Part shown: positions 12,484 to 15,106 of the stretch, piece by piece
How the letters are laid out: every line of letters starts with the position of its first letter
How positions within the stretch are numbered: the stretch's first letter is position 1
Assembly (NCBI GenBank): GCA_001179505.1
Contig: CDMY01000857.1
Span: 1-15,106 of the forward strand
Reading direction: 5' to 3'
DNA: 15,106 bases
Origin: Vitrella brassicaformis CCMP3155
Lineage: Eukaryota > Protista > Chromerida
Made by a program: the position numbers and the translations under genes
The notes under the pieces: model-generated
Database searches by the model: none
Told to the model about the DNA's origin: nothing
What the model saw: the letters and a program-made list of their open reading frames with translations, nothing else

Positions 12484-12677
12484 CATGGTTGGTACACCGA
12501 ATCTCCATCGTGGCCACAGTCGGACGGCCTCTATCCGACTGCACGTGTGGCTTGATGTGGCTGCCACTGTCATCTCCTGAGCGTGCTCACTCCCACATGA
12601 CACGTAAGCACATACACGCACATGCACAAACACGTACACGAACACGGACATGAACACATACATGAACACGTATTCAG

Positions 12678-12999
12678 CTATTCGATTCTCAGCTGCGGGT
12701 GAGCTGGTGGTGGCGTGAGAGAAGGAGGGGCTACATGATTGGGCTCCAGTCTGATTGTGTTTGCCCCTGTTGTCGGTGGTGTAGGTCTGTGTCCGCGCTG
12801 CCGTCTGGCGCCTCGGACGTACTGCTGCAATTCTCGACAGTCTCGCCATCGGTGGCCTTTCTTCTCGCACCAATCACAGTAGCCGTCAAAGGGCCGCTGT
12901 GTCGGCACGTCGCCCCTGTTTCTGTCCCACGGTGGGCGTCTCGCCCCTTGTGTAGGTGGTTTGGATGGGCCATTTTGCATCTCCTTGATGCTCTCGATG
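12678..12999 (-). mobile_element. Gag-like ORF 3' end with CCHC zinc knuckle (copy 1), open into the gap
   Basis: CDWCEKKGHRWRDC = C-x2-C-x4-H-x4-C at 12878-12837, in Pro/Arg/Gly-rich context. The frame is open to the gap edge (IESIKEMQNG). No protease, RT or integrase is visible downstream. Confidence 0.65.
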
Positions 13000-13299
13000 N
13001 NNNNNNNNNNNNNNNNNNNNNNNNNNNNNNNNNNNNNNNNNNNNNNNNNNNNNNNNNNNNNNNNNNNNNNNNNNNNNNNNNNNNNNNNNNNNNNNNNNNN
13101 NNNNNNNNNNNNNNNNNNNNNNNNNNNNNNNNNNNNNNNNNNNNNNNNNNNNNNNNNNNNNNNNNNNNNNNNNNNNNNNNNNNNNNNNNNNNNNNNNNNN
13201 NNNNNNNNNNNNNNNNNNNNNNNNNNNNNNNNNNNNNNNNNNNNNNNNNNNNNNNNNNNNNNNNNNNNNNNNNNNNNNNNNNNNNNNNNNNNNNNNNNN
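13000..13299. other. Assembly gap (300 N)
   Basis: Run of N. Confidence 1.
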
Positions 13300-13565
13300 C
13301 CTCTATCTCAGTTTTTCTCCCTCCATGCTTTTCTTCACGCCTCCCTTCCAATCGCCTTTTCCTATATCATCAGCAACGAGGCGAAATGTCCTTCAGTGTC
13401 ATGTTTCTTCGGTGTGTGAACTGTCCGTGTGTCATTTCATGCCACCCGTAGCATTCCCTCCCTTCATGTGCTGGGCTCCGAACAGCACCATTATTGACTG
13501 CAGGGGTGTGGAAGGTGCATGAATATGACATATGATCCATCTTACATCAACACATCCGCTGAGTG

Positions 13566-14603
13566 ATGCACCTCGGCTGCAGAAGGAGACAACCCACAGA
13601 CAGTGGCAAAAACTACTTCCTCCGCTTTGCCATCCGAATTGCCCAGCCCACCAATGACCATTCGTTTGCGTATTGACGCCGCATGGATGCAGGACCGGCT
13701 GCTGTGCAGCGCGTCTTCCTCTCAGGCGTGGGAGTCCTGGCACCCTCCCTGACGAAGCTGTCATATGCATTCGTGTATGTCATCACTCGTATCACAGCTA
13801 CATGACGATCGCAGCGCCTCGCGAGTGTGCTTGCGGGCCCGGGATTCGCTGTCGTCGAGTTGCTCTCCCGGCCGTTTGTAAACACTGTGGCCTTGCGGGC
13901 TTAGCTCATTCAACCTCTTCATTTGCCTTCGATGATCCCGTCAGTTAGCACTCGGGTGCGTAGCCTCACAGAAACCCATTGTGGTCACTCACTACCCCTC
14001 ATCATGCAAAACACGATGCGACTCTGCTGTTCAGGCGAGGCGATGGCCTCCGACTTCTTGCTGTTGGCCCTCTGCCAGATCTGCTTCCATCCGCTTGTCG
14101 AGCGTACCAGCTCTCGTCGGCCTCGTTATGATGCGTTCAAGAACGGTCCCCCCTTCTATCAACTGGGTCGGTTCGTGGTGATGGTCGTGGGCGTCCCACC
14201 TTCACCTTCCAGCATCATCGCATCGCCACCAGAACAACCATACATGGTGAGCACCACCAATCACACTCAGTATCAGGAGATCTGTGCGCTCAAGTCGCCC
14301 TCTGTACGTGTGCTGTTTCAGGGCTCTTCGGAGCTGGGATTCACATTCTCCTTGTTACTCGAGTGCCTACAAGCCTGTCCAACGCAATGGCATCAAGGAC
14401 CGAGCGTCCAAGCGATACGACGCCAAGGGGAGGTGATCAACGTGATGGCTGGGCGAGCTTCATGCTACCGAGGCGAAGTAGTTTCCCAGCAGCAGACGCG
14501 GCTCCAGCACCGACGAAGTGGTGTGAAATCGCGCGTCAGATCACCGACGACCCCCAGGGAGTGCCGCCCTTCTTCTCTTCCCGTCTTCCATCATGCTGAC
14601 TGA
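13566..14603 (+). pseudogene. Stop-interrupted gene of unknown family (copy 2)
   Basis: Same three stops (13674, 13803, 13902); in-frame extra GTC codon; candidate intron 14247-14321. Confidence 0.45.
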
Positions 14604-14797
14604 CATGGTTGGTACACCGAATCTCCATCGTGGCCACAGTCGGACGGCCTCTATCCGACTGCACCTGTGGCTTGATGTGGCTGCCACTGTCATCTCCTGA
14701 GCGTGCTCACTCCCACATGACACGTAAGCACATACACGCACATGCACAAACACGTACACGAACACGGACATGAACACATACATGAACACGTATTCAG

Positions 14798-15106
14798 CTA
14801 TTCGATTCTCAGCTGCGGGTGAGCTGGTGGTGGCGTGAGAGAAGGAGGGGCTACATGATTGGGCTCCAGTCTGATTGTGTTTGCCCCTGTTGTCGGTGGT
14901 GTAGGTCTGTGTCCGCGCTGCCGTCTGGCGCCTCGGACGTACTGCTGCAATTCTCGACAGTCTCGCCATCGGTGGCCTTTCTTCTCGCACCAATCACAGT
15001 AGCCGTCAAAGGGCCGCTGTGTCGGCACGTCGCCCCTGTTTCTGTCCCACGGTGGGCGTCTCGCCCCTTGTGTAGGTGGTTTGGATGGGCCATTTTGCAT
15101 CTCCTT
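14798..15106 (-). mobile_element. Gag-like ORF 3' end with CCHC zinc knuckle (copy 2)
   Basis: Identical to copy 1; knuckle at 14998-14957. Confidence 0.65.

Larger units (their letters stand above)
11170..12999. repeat. Copy 1 of a >=1.8-kb direct repeat
   Basis: Aligns with 13300-15106 at offset 2120-2124; by eye 12 substitutions and 2 indels (3 and 4 nt). Confidence 0.97.
13300..15106. repeat. Copy 2 of the >=1.8-kb direct repeat (runs off the window)
   Basis: See copy 1. Confidence 0.97.

Noticed and set aside
12486-12504. TGGTACACCG as an LTR primer-binding site
   Set aside because: I could not match it to a tRNA 3' end, and no paired LTR is visible.
10733-13451. Long ORFs spanning the N runs
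   Set aside because: Artefacts of translating N as X.

Overview
Intron-rich eukaryotic nuclear DNA. The short GT-AG introns (about 45-95 nt), GT-rich microsatellites, red-lineage LHC with a bipartite plastid presequence and apple-type domain point to a photosynthetic alveolate such as the chromerid Vitrella; this is inference, not a search result. Three genes can be spliced by hand into complete reading frames. (1) A 5'-truncated, intron-poor GH16 beta-glucanase (<1-1335, +) whose strand order is circularly permuted like the Fibrobacter succinogenes lichenase, fused to a PAN/apple-like domain. (2) A 5-exon light-harvesting complex protein (4158-5092, -). (3) A 21-exon SNF1/AMPK-related kinase (5510-9143, +), head-to-head with the LHC gene across a 417-bp repeat-rich spacer. 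Between and after these lie a rearranged pseudogene with a 117-bp tandem duplication and a perfect 75-bp fold-back (2747-3256), several hairpins, and, between two 300-N gaps, two ~99% identical copies of a >=1.8-kb unit. Each copy carries a stop-interrupted gene and a convergent Gag-like CCHC zinc-knuckle ORF. No rRNA, tRNA or CRISPR array was seen.
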